A program made the position numbers and the translations under genes. Under the pieces are notes generated by a model. It searched no databases. It was not told the DNA's origin and worked only from the letters and a program-made list of their open reading frames with translations. Below, piece after piece: positions 50,969-63,408 of a stretch of DNA of 64,000 nucleotides. How positions within the stretch are numbered: position 1 is the stretch's first letter; every line of letters starts with the position of its first letter. The DNA is from Octopus sinensis (Eukaryota), in NCBI RefSeq assembly GCF_006345805.1, contig NC_043005.1, positions 65,472,001 through 65,536,000 on the forward strand, read 5' to 3'.

Positions 50969-52883
50969 TCCACTGATGTTCGTGTGCAGTCCTGCTGCTT
51001 GTCGGACCCTGTTAAACCGTCCAACGTAGCACAGAAAACGGACTTTAAATGGTGATGATGATGATGAGAAGGAGGAGCAGAATACATTATATGTATGTAT
51101 GAATTATCCCGGTTATAACCTCATAACGAGCATTTAAAAATCCTCTACGTAATCCAGTAGTGCTTTAAAAGCAACCTACCTGAGGAAGTGTCGGCACATA
51201 GCTGCTGCTGGGTCTAATTTATTTATATAACTATATATAAGATAAATTATGTAATGATATAAGACTGAAATCTCAACAACTGACAGCTGTTGCCTCTGCA
51301 CAAAAACAAATGCTGTAATTTGTAATTAAAGTTTGTTTATTCCCTCTTCTTGTATGAATTTTCATGTATGTATGTATGTAAGTTATTTTTGGATGTGTAG
51401 CGGTTATGTGTGTATCATGGTGAACAGATGCAAAAGCAATGTGTATGCTATTGAAGTAAAAAAATGAGTGAATCGATTCATAGTTAAAAATAATTTTTTA
51501 TTATCATTGAAGTAAACAAAGGAGTGAATCGATTCATAATTAAAAAACAATTTATTCACTGGACTTAATTTGTCGTTGGTACACATAATTCTTCACTACA
51601 TGCAAAATGTTGACAACTGCTACGAGTTGCTAGAAATAGAAACAGGGTACATCTGTGGAAGTGATGAATATGTGTGTGTGTGTGTGTGTGTGTGTAGTTC
51701 ATCTGAGATCTGTAGTCTACCGTGGAACTACGAACATTTCTCTCGGGTCTCTACGGTCATTCAAAACCTGTCGTCGTAGACCTTTCTCGTTTACCTGCTA
51801 GGCCTTCCTCCTCCCGTCTGTCTGTTGATCACTGTATTCCTAATAATCGTGGCAGCTAGAAGGACAGACATACAGCAGCAGAGTTTGTACCTAAATAGGT
51901 CAGCCCCTGTCCATTTGGACTTCGGCTGACATGGCTGAGGTCGTAGGTCAAAGGGAAATGATCAATCACTTTTTGACAGGACAAAAACAAAACATTTTTT
52001 CGCGCCTGTTGATCGTGGTGGTTTGGACGACCGAGAATTCTTAGATTCGGTTTCGAATCTAGGCTTGGAGAAGGAAGTGTTAATTTTGATATACGTGTGT
52101 ACGTATGTATTTTGCAATCTGTTAATGCCAACCAGAACCCAGCTTGATGTGCGCTTATACACGTAGTCCATATCGTCTACAAGGAGAAAATTTTCCCGAG
52201 ATAATAAATGCAGCAAAATCCTTTAGAGTGTACACGAATGTGTTAAATATAAATGTACACACCTTTATTTTAATTGACACAACATCGCTTGCTTTAAATA
52301 TATTTATTACGAATTGACAAAGCCTCGGCAAGCATCAGCAGAAGGATTGGATTCCCGTAGAGCTATGAAAGACTGAAATGGTGTCTGGCAATTTAATGAA
52401 GTCATTCAGAGCCCAGTTCGATGTATTTTTAGACTTTTAATCTACAAGAGGGAACTTCTCTGAGACGATAAGCACAACGGACGTCTTTCAACACCCGAAT
52501 GCCTATGAACATATCAAGTACAAGTGTTCACAGCTTCATTTAAGCGTTACAACTTAGTGCTCTCTCACACACACGCGCACACAAATAAGGTGATCGTAGG
52601 TTCGATTCTTGGACCGGGCGGGCGTCGTGTTCTTGAGCAAGCCTTTTTAACTCGCTTTACACTGAGATCACTTTGACACCTGACACACGGTACACTGTGC
52701 ACCTGTTCGGGCAATGCCGATTTCATGGAGAGTGTGAGCTAATATGCAACACAAAAATTTGATCAGTATAAACAAATCATTTGTGCAGGTCATTCGGCCA
52801 GACATTGCAGAATCGTCTTCCTCGGACACGAGAGACCACCATACATGTAATATATAAATACGTGTACGCGCACACACACACAC

Positions 52884-52943
<60 letters not shown>

Positions 52944-53022
52944 GGTTGAAGAGGAACACACGAGTTGATATATTTGGAAAAAAGTCAAGGTAGAAAATGC
53001 TAAAATAATTTTATAAAAATCA

Positions 53023-53064
53023 TTTCAGTACCGGTTTCAGTCATTGAGTCTTTTTCAACTGTAA
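53023..53064 (-). ncRNA. Type I hammerhead with U3:A8 core, near intact
   Basis: TTACAG-TTGAAAA-AGAC(TCAAT)GACT-GAAA-CCGG-TA-CTGAAA. Palindromic stem III ACCGGT, GUA triplet, one mismatch each in stems I and II. Confidence 0.6.
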
Positions 53065-53221
53065 GTATGGAAAACAATTAAATTTTGGAAAAATTAAAAG
53101 AAAAGTTTTTTAAAAGAATATTTGCATTGTATTCAAATTCAGGGGCATTTTCCTTCTTTCTGCCTGTCTCTGTCTCTCTTGTTTACTATGTAACAATTAT
53201 TCGGTAGCCATGATAAAACTC

Positions 53222-53616
53222 TTTACTCTTTTACTTGTTTCAGTCATTTGACTGCAGCCATGCTAGAGCACCGCCTTTAGTCGAGCAAATCGACCCCAGG
53301 ACTTATTCTTTGTTAGCCTAGTACTTATTCCATCGGTCTCTTTTGCCGAACCGCTAAGTTATGGGGGCGTAAACACACCAGCATCGATTGTCAAGCGATG
53401 TTGAGGAGACAAACATAGACACACAAACATATACACACACACATACATATATATGATGGGCTTCTTTCAGTTTCCGTCTACCAAATCCACTCACAAAGCT
53501 TTGGTCGGCCCGAGGCTATAGTAGAAGACACTTGCCCAAGGTGCCACGCAGTGGGACTGAACCCGGAACCATGTGGCTGGTAAACAAGCTACTTAGCACA
53601 CAGCCACTCCTACGCC
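53222..53616 (-). mobile_element. SINE family B, full length
   Basis: Reverse-complement match to 42871-43286. Confidence 0.9.
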
Positions 53617-53700
<84 letters not shown>

Positions 53701-53703
<3 letters not shown>

Positions 53704-54908
53704 GTAGTTGATAGCTTCTGTTACCTAGGTGACCAAATCAGTAGCGGGAGAGGGTGCGCTGAAACTGTAGCTGCTAGAAAAGAAGAGCCTGGGCAAAGTT
53801 CAGAGAGCTCTTACCTCTGCTGGTGACAAAGGGCCTCTCGCCCAGAGTAAAAGGTAGACTGTATGACGCATGCGTACGAACAGCCATGCTACATGGCAGT
53901 GAAACAAGGGCTGTGACTGCGGAGGACATGCGTAAGCTCGCAAGGAATGAAGCCAGTATGCTCCGATGGATGTCTAATGTCAGTGTGTATACTCGACAGA
54001 GTGTAAGTACCTTGAGAGAAATGTTGGACCTCATAAACATCAGATGTGGTGTGCAAGAGAGACGACTGCGCTGGTATGGTCATGTGGCGAGAATGGAAGT
54101 GGATAGCTGTGTGAAAAAGTGCCACACCCTAGCAGTTAAGGGAACCTGTGGAAGAGGTAGACCCAGGAAGACCTGGGATGAAGTGGTGAAGCACGACTGT
54201 CGAACTTTAGGCCGCACCAAGGAAATGACTAGTGACCGAGACATTTGGAAATATGCTGTACGTGAGAAGACCCGGCAAGCCAAATGAGACCATAATCTCC
54301 TGGCCTATGCCAGGGGCGTAACCAGCCCACTTATGCGTACCTTTTCTTTCTTTGGACACTAAAACTCTGCTTGTGAAGACCTGTTGAGCCAAGTGAAATC
54401 AAAATCAGATTCGATGACTGGCATTCGTGTTAGCGGGGTGCAAAAAGTACCATACGAGTGTGATCGTTGACAGAGCGGCAAACCGGCTTCCATGCCAGGG
54501 GCACATAAAAAGCTCCATTCGAGTGTGATCATTACCAGCGTCACCTTACTGGCACTTGACCCCCGTGCAAGTAGTGTTTTAAGAGCACCATTCGAGCGTG
54601 ATCGTTGCCAGAGCGGCTATCTGGCCTCCGTACCGGTGTCACGTAAAAGACACCGTTCGAGCGTGATCGTTACCAGCATCGCCTTACTGGCACCTGTGCC
54701 GGTGGCATGTGTAAAAGATTCGAGCGAGGTCGTTGCCAGTACTGCCTGACTGTCCCCGTGCCGGTGGCACGTAAAAGCACCCACTACACTCTCAGAGTGG
54801 TTGGTGTTAGGAAGGGCAACCAGCTGTAGAAACTCTTCCAGATCAAGATTGGAGCCTGGTGCAGCCATCTGGTTCGCCAGCCCTCAGTCAAATCGTCCAA
54901 CCCATGCT
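53701..54908 (+). mobile_element. RTE-clade LINE, 5'-truncated, with minisatellite 3' UTR
   Basis: EVVDSFCYLGDQ; ORF 53823-54287 is near-identical to 48923-49387. Confidence 0.95.
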
Positions 54909-54938
54909 ATATATATATGCATATGTGTTTATGGGTAT

Positions 54939-55032
<94 letters not shown>

Positions 55033-55330
55033 TACATACATTATATGAAGGTCACTTCCGTCGATTTCGACGTGAGCGTTTGAAGGAAGGATTTAAAAAA
55101 GAAGTTTAAGAAACAAAAGCTGCATCTATTTGCGATGGATACATGAATGTAATTTGAGTCCAGGTACAGATGTTGCAAGAGAGTCACAATGGAGACACTG
55201 ATGATTTTAATTTTATCTGTGACTGTTGATTGTAGGATATAATTAATTCTTTTATTGTTCTGTTTCTTCAACATACATACATTTTATTTATATATCTATG
55301 TGTGCGTGTATATATATATGTGTGTGTGGC

Positions 55331-55712
55331 GGCGCAATGGCCCAGTGGTTAGGGCAGCAGACTCGCGGTCATAGGATCGCGATTTCGATTCCCAGACCGG
55401 GCGTTGTGTGTGTTTATTGAGCGAAAACACCTAAAACGCTCCACGAGGCTCCGGCAGGGGATGGTGGTGATCCCTGCTGTACTCTTTCACCACAAACTTT
55501 CTCTCACTCTTACTTCCTGTTTCTGTTGTACCTGTATTTCAAGGGGCCGGCCTTGTCACTCTCTGTGTCACGCTAAATATCCCCGAGAACTACGTTAAGG
55601 ATGCACGTGTCTGTGGAGTGCTCAGCCACTTACACGTTAATTTCACGAGCAGGCTGTTCCGTTGATTCGGATCAACCGGAACCCTCGTCGTCGTAACCGA
55701 CGAAGTGCTTCC
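55331..55712 (+). mobile_element. tRNA(Arg)-like SINE, 3' tail variant 2 (OR1/OR2-like)
   Basis: A box tggcccagtggttagg, anticodon loop actcgcg, B box tttcgattccc. Confidence 0.85.
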
Positions 55713-55789
55713 ATCATATATGTGTGTGTGTGTAATATATGGTATAATTATAAGTGGGGCAAATTTTAGCCATTTCTCTGCAGATTGAA

Positions 55790-55988
55790 ATAATGAACAA
55801 CCTTAATCGAATTTTGAACCTTATTGAGTTCTCATCAGAGGCGTCTACATCATTTTGACATGTTCCAGAGAAACAAACAGCCAAACTGTTTATGTGTGTG
55901 TATGTGTGTGTTGTATAAATATGTGTATGCTTGTATGTATATGTGTGTGTGTGTATATGTGTTGTATAAATATGTGTATGTTTGTCTG

Positions 55989-56036
<48 letters not shown>

Positions 56037-56640
56037 CCTCTTTACTCACCTGAGATGTATGAAGAAGCGTCAAAGATAAACAACCCCACAAAATCTCACT
56101 TCTTGGAGTTAATTACTGTTCTATTATTGAGTTTGGAAATGGAGTAAATTGATTCCCAAAGCATGCAAGATGGATGCGTAAATCTAACAATATCAAATTA
56201 AAGGAAATATGCAAAACCACTTTGTTTTCAATACCATCAAGGTACTTGATTATAGCAGCAATACTTGTGATCTTCAGGCTGATACTCCTGAGAAAGCATT
56301 TACTGATAATTGCCCAGTTCACTCTTGGAAGCATTTATTAACCTAGATTTGAAGTTGGAGAGGAAATTGACTCTTTTTTCCACTGGTTTTCATGTTAACT
56401 TTATGAGTTTCTTTGTAAAAAGTCTATTATGTATTGGGATGCCTATGTTTTATCTTCAAGGATATGTATATATTTTTGGGGAGATTGCTCCATATCATGT
56501 AGATGTTGGAAGTTTATTAAGGAGGAGTGATACAATACCAAAGTTTTACCATTTTTTAAATCATACCTATGAAGTTACATTCAAAAGTATCTACCACTTT
56601 CAAATGAGGGGAGCACATTCCATGTTATGAATCAGAATTT
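55790..56640 (-). mobile_element. Decayed Penelope-like 3' region with terminal hammerhead remnant (55800-55842, G12A)
   Basis: WYCITPP / HNRLFTKKLIKL / CFLRSISLK remnants; GCCT-CTGATGA-GAAC(TCAATAAG)GTTC-AAAA-TTCGATT-A-AGGT. Confidence 0.5.
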
Positions 56641-56709
56641 GTATATAGGCTTCCTCAACACACAATATGAATACCAAAGAAAGAGGCTGCTTGAGAAGGC
56701 CTATTGAGT

Positions 56710-57058
56710 CAAGTAGAATTGCTGTCATGGCCGATGCCAGTACCACCCGACTGGCACATGAAAAGCATCATTCCAGTGTGGTAAATGCCAGTGCCACTGG
56801 GCTGGCTCCTATGCCAGTGGCACGTAAAATGCACCATTCGAGCGTGGTTGATACCAGTGCTGCCTGACTGGCCCTCATGCCGGTGGCACGTAAAAAGCAC
56901 CCACTACTCTCGAAGTGGTTAGCATTAGGAAGGGCATCCAGCTGCAGAAACCTTGCCAGATCAGATTGAAGGCCTGGTGTAACCTGGCTTGCTAGTCTTC
57001 TGTCAAACCATTCAACCAATGCCAGCATGGAAAGCAGACTTTAAATGACAATGATGAG
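56710..57058 (+). mobile_element. RTE 3' UTR-only insertion (similar minus-strand pieces at 58315-58503, 59284-59981 and 63832-64000)
   Basis: ggcacgtaaaa..cattcgagcgtgg repeats plus gcatggaaagc(g/a)gac(g/t)ttaaa(c/t)gatgatg end. Confidence 0.85.
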
Positions 57059-57294
57059 GAAAACAAGCAGTTCAGCCAGAAATACAAGACAAGCTATTAT
57101 TATTAGCTTTCTCATTCCCTTTTATCCACCATCCCCACTCTTTCTTTCAATACACCATTTTGTGTTTATATTCATTTGAATGAGAGATGGCAATACATAG
57201 CTATTATCCTACCCATACTTAATCTGAAAACATAAACACTGCTGGCATTAGTCTATTATGTCCTACTTGGTATCTAAATGTCTTACTTTGTGCC

Positions 57295-57525
57295 TATTTC
57301 TTTACTACCCACAAGGGGCTAGACACAGAAGGGACAAACAAGGACAGGCAAACGGATTAAGTCAATTATATTGACTCCAGTGCGTAACTGGTACTTATTT
57401 AATCAACCCCAAAAGGATGAAAGGCAAAGTCAACCTTGGTGGAATTTGAACTCAGAACGTAGCGGGAGACGAAATACCGCTAAGCATTTCACCTGGCAAG
57501 CTAACGTTTCTGCCAACTCTCCGCC
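57295..57525 (-). mobile_element. SINE family A, full length, tail A
   Basis: 12-bp TSD ttactttgt(g/a)cc at 57283-57294 and 57526-57537. Confidence 0.9.
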
Positions 57526-57904
57526 TTACTTTGTACCATGAAAACAACATCTACCACTAACCACCTTATGCTTATATGAAATTACACTCCCAATAAGGGC
57601 TCCCCATGCTTTAATTTATATTATACAGTAGAAGGGATACTTTAGCCCTGACAGACAACACCAAAGGCGATCTTATACCAATTTGCTGTTTAGCCAGTAA
57701 AGAAATGACATTTTATCTTAGCAACCTTGGCTTTAGTGCATCCAGTCCATTCTGTGGATTGGTTGGCACCAGGAAATACAACCAACAGTAATAATCATAC
57801 TAAAGGAACACATGGATGCAGCATGCAGGTTACTTATCTAGGAAGGCAGTAATCTGAATAAGAACATTTACAAGGCAGAGGCGGCATTATTCCTGCCACA
57901 TATA

Positions 57905-58245
57905 GGCACATGGCTCAGTGGTTAGAGTGCCAGGCTCACAATCATAAGGTAGTGAGTTTGATTCCTAGACTGGGCTGTGGGTTGTGTTCTTCAGCAAGAC
58001 ACTTTATTTCACATTCCTCCAGTTCACTGAACAGTAGAAATGAGTTGCAGCATCATTGGTGCCACACTGTATCGGTCTTTCCCTTTCCTTTGGATAACAT
58101 TGGTGTCATGGAGAGGGGAAGCTGGTATGCATGGGCGACTGCTGGTCTTCCATAAACAACCTTATTCAGACTTGTGCCTTGGAGGGAAACTTTTTAGGTT
58201 CAATCCCATGGTCATTCATGACCAAAGGAGGTCTTTTACCTTTTA
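57905..58245 (+). mobile_element. SINE family C (another partial copy at 63015-63145 minus, in a DNAJC2 intron)
   Basis: Matches 37878-38205. Confidence 0.85.
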
Positions 58246-60524
58246 CAATGACTAATGATTGATTGATTGTACGCAGTAGTCTACACTGCAAAGTGGTTGG
58301 TGACAGGAACAGCATCATCATCATCATCATTGTTTAAAGTCCGCTTTCCATGCTAGCATGGGTTGGACGATTTTGACTGAGGGCTGGCGAACCAGATGGC
58401 TGCACCAGGCTCCAATCTTGATCTGGCAGAGTTTCTACAGCTGGATGCCCTTCCTAATGTCAACCACTCCGAGAGTGTAGTGGGTGCTTTTTACGTGCCA
58501 CCGGAGACAGAAAACCATGATCACAATATGAAACATATAAGGAGATATGAAGTAATGCAAACTATATGGTAGGTTACTCATCTGCGATGGCAGTAAATCT
58601 GAATACAAACTGATAAAGAGATGCAGATAGCTTCTCTGGTGTAAGGGATATGTTGTAAGTCATTATAACAACAAAGTTAGCCAGTCTTTGTTGTTGTTGT
58701 GTGAGCTTAGTAATAAAAGAGACCAATAGGTGGAATGATGCAAGACCCATAACCAACCTGCACCAGCATGAGAAAAGATGGATGAGATATGATGATTATG
58801 ATGATGATGAGGATGATGATTTGTTTCCATTAAATATGTTTCTGACAAGCCATCAATCTCTTTATCAGGAGGGCAACACATGAATGACCTGGCAGACATA
58901 TTCTAGCCACAGAACTGTCAAAACCACAGAAAAAGTGAGAAGAAGTTACTACTAAGTATTCAATAAATCTTAATCCTCAGACGCTTCTATTCACTATGGA
59001 TTTTAAGATAAAAACAGAGATCTGCAAGATTTGGGAGCTTTTACATGTTGACAACTTATTTCTAATCACAAAATCTGTCAAAATTTTGAAAGAAACCATC
59101 AAAACGTAGAAGAGCATTTGAGGACCAAAAATCAATTATGGTAAAGAACAAAGTTCAGTGACCTTGTCTGATATATAATGAGGGTGATAAGTCTAAATAC
59201 TGAACACTGAGAATCAGCTCAGAAAGCTTCTAACAGGCTGACAGAGAAACACAATTGTAGATATAATAGATACACAAGAATATCATCATCATCATCATCG
59301 TAGTCATTTAACGTCCGCTTTCCATGCTGGCATGGGATGGGCAGTTTGACTGGAGACTGGTGAGCCAGATGGCTGTACCAAGCTCCAATCTGATCTGGCA
59401 GAGTTTCTACAGCTGGATGCCCTTCCTAACGCCAACCACTCCGAGAGTGTAGTGGGTGCTTTTACGTTCCACCAGCACAAGGTCCAGTCAGGCAGTACTG
59501 GCAACAGCCACGCTCAAATGGTGTTTTTACGTGTCACCTGCACAGGAGCCAGTCCAGCGGCACTGGCAACACCCTCGCTCGAATGTTATTTTTCACGTAC
59601 CACCGGCACAAGTGCCAATAAGGTGATGCTGGTAACGATCACGCTCGAATGGTGCTTTTTACGTGCCACCGGCACGGGGGCCAGTCAGCGGCCCTGGCAA
59701 CGATCACGCTCAGATGGTGCTCTTAGTGCTCCACTAGCATGAATGCCAGTCATGCGGTGCTGTCATCGAATTTGATTTCGATTTCACTTGCCTCAACAGG
59801 TCTTCGCAAGCAGAGTTTAGTGCCCAATGAAAGAAAGGTACGCATATGTGGGCTGGTTACACCCCTGGCATAGGCCATGGCTTGCCGGGTCTTCTCAAGC
59901 ACAGCATATTTCCAAAGGTCTCAGTCACTAGTCATTGCCTCGGTGAGGCCTAATATTCGAAGGTCATGCTTCACCACCTCTGCATAGTTTATACCTTGTT
60001 TCCTACCTGATTTCATTAGTGTTGAAGTAGTTGCAGTAAGACTAAAGACAGAGGATAAGAAGTATGATACCACATGGTGGTAAGAGATAGTTTTGGATGT
60101 AGACGCTGACCTATGAGACTATATGGGCACGAAAGGGATCAGTTGATGCATGCAAAAAAAAAACTACATTGGTATTGATATGTTCAATAAACAGATAATG
60201 AGTGCTATGTAAACATGTACTATATGCTGTTACTATAGTACAAACAAAACTGGGAAGAACTGAGGTACTTGGAATTCAAAAGACTATCGTCAAATATTTA
60301 ATTTATGCCATCATGGAAAAAACAAACATTAAAGCAACAATGACGATAGGTGAACGTTTAAAATGTCACAGGTTCATACTAAATTTAAAGTAAGCACAAT
60401 TTTGAAAACCTACAAATCTAATGCAACAATCCAACTTTGGAACATGAGAGAAAAATAAGTCTTCAGCATCACAAGCAACAAGCTCTACAACTAACTACAT
60501 TAGTTACATTATTTACTTTTGACA

Positions 60525-60948
60525 GATATTTGTCCTCATCTTGTTTGTTGTTAACACAACGTTTCGGCTGATATACCCTCCAGCCTTCTTCAGGTGTCTT
60601 GGGGAAATTTCAAACCTGGGTTCTCATTCCTAAGGTATTCTTTGATATTATTATTATTATTATTATTATTGTTGTTCAAGCCACTGCTTGGAATCGAACT
60701 CAGAATCTTGGAGTTAGTAGCCGCACTCTTAACCACTACGCCATATGCCCACGGGCATATGACGTAGTGGTTAAGAGTGCAGGCTACAAACCCCAAGATT
60801 CCGAGTTTGATTCCAATAATAATAATAATAATAATAACATCAAAGAATACTTTAGGAATGAGAACCCAAGTTCGAAATTTCCCCAAGACGCCTGACGAAT
60901 ATCAGCCGAAACGTTGTGTTAACAACAAACAAGATGAGGACAAATATC
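60525..60948. mobile_element. Foldback element: two head-to-head units of tRNA-like head, (AAT)n and hammerhead/pLTR tail
   Basis: Centre atatgccc-ac-gggcatat at 60743-60760. A box tg(g/a)cgtagtggttaagag, B box gagtt(c/t)gattcc. Arms end gatatttgtcctcatc / gatgaggacaaatatc. Confidence 0.8.
60553..60598 (-). ncRNA. Minimal type I hammerhead (dimer-type); the partner at 60887-60920 (+) has lost the 5' strand of stem II
   Basis: GACAC-CTGAAGA-A-GGCTG(GAGGGTATAT)CAGCC-GAAA-CG-TT-GTGTT; palindromic AACGTT. Confidence 0.65.
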
Positions 60949-61544
60949 AGTGGAATGTAAATAATGTAAATAATGTACATAATTCCTCATCTCTTAAATA
61001 TAGAATTGTATTAACTATATTTTATATCATTGAATCAAAGGTATTGAGTTTTATAAGCATGAATCTGAAACAGAAAAGTACAACAGGCTCAATGACAGGA
61101 ATCAAATTGTGTATCTACAGCTTCCTAACGAGCGTATTGCTCTTTTCCATCTCATTTTGGTGCTATTTATGTCTAATATCATTTTCATTAAAATCTTAGC
61201 AGTTAATCCATCACGAGATTAGGTTCAGTTTAACTAAAATGAATGAGAAAATAATTTTAAAGTTTCAAAATAAAACTTATATTGAAAACAAATAAGTAAA
61301 GGAGTAGATATATTTTCTGTTATTGTGTGACACGCCATCATGGTGTTAGAGAAGTGGCCAACAGGTTAACAGCTAGTATCTTATTAGTATGGGATTCTAA
61401 GCAAGATGCTTAGCTTTATTTGGTCCAATCTATTTAGCAGTAGAAAGGTTTGCAACAGTTTGCAAATATGCTGGCACACCAGAACTTAGTCTTAAAAAAA
61501 ATGTTTTTAATCAGGTCATCACTATAAATAGCAAAGGCATTGTC

Positions 61545-61780
61545 TTGTCTTGTCTTGAGACAGCATTCACCCGGGGTGGGTTGAGCTGGCTTCATTCATC
61601 CTCAATGCTGCATCTCTCACAAACACCGACCAGGCCTGGTGATTTGAGGCTAACGACCGAGTGATCTCCAACCACTCCTTATTCCAGTGGCGAACGCCGT
61701 AGATATGGGGTCCTAGGTTGGGTTCCAGATCAGCTTTGACTGTCATTATGCAAAGGCATTGCATAATTGATCAGTGTTTC
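61545..61780 (-). mobile_element. RTE-like LINE extreme 3' end with (CAAGA)n tail
   Basis: ADLEPNLGPHIYGVRHWNKEWL..LASNHQAWSVFVRDA..STHPG*, then caagacaagacaagac. Confidence 0.7.
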
Positions 61781-62089
61781 ATTAGTTTATAATACTAAAC
61801 TTACATCTTCCACAAAACAAAACCATTTACAGACTGGCGACATATCCAGAAGTGAGACTGCCAGCCAGCTAAATGCTTTGAAAACTGTGATACTTCCCAC
61901 AAATCATTATTTCATTAAGTAGCAATGCTAAATAGAATTAAAAGAAAGTATATACATATATTATACAGAAATTAAATCACACACACACACGATGTATTTC
62001 TGAACACCTGCTTTCATTTTCATTTTATAACATTACAAAAATAGAATACAAGTTTGTATTTGGAAAGTCATCAAAGTCTAGAGTCAAGG

Positions 62090-62095
62090 TTTATT
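62090..62095 (-). promoter_or_regulatory. Candidate polyadenylation signal AATAAA for DNAJC2
   Basis: 21 nt downstream of the stop codon; use not demonstrable from sequence. Confidence 0.3.
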
Positions 62096-62116
62096 GGTCA
62101 TTAACAGCCATTATTG

Positions 62117-62185
62117 TCATGTTCTCTTTGCTTTGGCAGCGGCAGACTGTGCCATTTTTTTGGCGCGTACCATTTCAACCAATTC
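62117..62185 (-). CDS. DNAJC2: DnaJ homolog subfamily C member 2, last coding exon (ELVEMVRAKKMAQSAAAKAKRT*)
   Basis: ttatttttcAG acceptor, phase 0. Continues RYK|ELVEMV..AKK exactly as in the known DNAJC2 C-terminus; TGA at 62119-62117. Confidence 0.9.
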   Translation of the reverse strand, partial: ELVEMVRAKKMAQSAAAKAKRT

Positions 62186-63229
62186 CTGAAAAATAACAAA
62201 ACAAATTTGAAATTTCCAAAGATTTGAATAATTAAAATTAGTTTTGTGGACAGAACATAAGAGAAATTAATCAAGGGAATATAGGAGAAAGAATCAACTG
62301 ATATTTAAAATATCATCTGCTGCCCATAATTAGAATGAGAAAAAAATTCAGTTCACAATACTAGGGTACTAACCCATATGCAGCATAGTTCCACTAATCT
62401 AGAACCCTTAAGTTCAGATTGTCAAATATGTGTTCAGTATATTGAAATTCAGTCTTAAATTTAAACACCAAAATCATTGTTTTTTTAATGAAATCATTAA
62501 ATGGGTCTCAGTGTTTACTGACAGCAGTCTCAGAGTTTACTGATTTCTTTTCACTGAACAAATTAAGCCTTGTCATCTTTTTAAAGTGTCTAAACCATCA
62601 AACTATTAATATACAACTCTCCATGATATCCTTATGTAACTGCTTGGTGTTTTCAATGATCACAGACACTGACATCAACATACTCTCCGATAGCTTTGAG
62701 CTAAAGCACACGTATATAACACTGAATCTAGTTTAGGAAGATTTGATTTGTCTGTTTGTTGCACATTAACACAGTAAATCAGTCATAAGTTGTATCAAGT
62801 GATCCCTTTGTTTCAAAGCTATAAATTACTGCAGAATGTATATCGTGTCTACACACAATAGTGGTCCAGTTTCACTTCTTTTCAACCATTATATCACTTC
62901 AATTTATTAGTACAATGGAAATGTTAAATGTTTTCTTTTCACACCTTTCCTAAATTGGTTACTTTTATAAACTTTAGAAACTATGGATGGTCCTTCACAG
63001 GATTACTCATTTTTGCCAGGTGAGTGGATTGGAGCAAAATGAAATGAAGTGATTTGTTCAAGAACACAACATGTCGCCCTGGTCCTCAAGTCGAAACCAA
63101 TCTTATAATCATGAGTCCAACACACTAACCACTAAGTCATGCACCTCCACTGTATTGGTAGTGCATTTACTTAACGAGAAATGATGAATTAGGAATCATT
63201 ATATAAACAATGCAAGGACAAATGACTAC

Positions 63230-63408
63230 CTTGTATCTTTTAATGCAGTCTTTCTTGCTGCGAGATGGAATATTAGCAGCTATCTTCTCCCACCGTTCAG
63301 GAACATCAGCTGGATAAGTTTTCAGAGATTGCTCCAACAACTTTTGTTCATCCGATGTCCATGGTGATGGGTTGGTTCCTTGTTCTCGCATCTGTTGCTC
63401 CACTACAC
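63230..63408 (-). CDS. DNAJC2: DnaJ homolog subfamily C member 2, penultimate exon (second SANT/Myb domain)
   Basis: [45 protein letters not shown]. cattccAG acceptor (phase 1), AAG|GTAGTC donor, 179 nt. Confidence 0.92.

Noticed and set aside
51457-51555. Tandem about 55-bp duplication (attgaagtaaa..gagtgaatcgattcata)
   Set aside because: Simple two-copy local duplication with no further structure.
55054-55090. Hammerhead-like cttcc..gaaatcga..ggaag on the minus strand
   Set aside because: Stem I pairs, but G5, A9 and U16.1 are all non-consensus; too degenerate to support.
60690-60825. Genuine tRNA genes (also SINE heads at 37878, 42871, 55331, 57905)
   Set aside because: No complete cloverleaf or acceptor stem; they continue into repeat bodies, so they are SINE heads.
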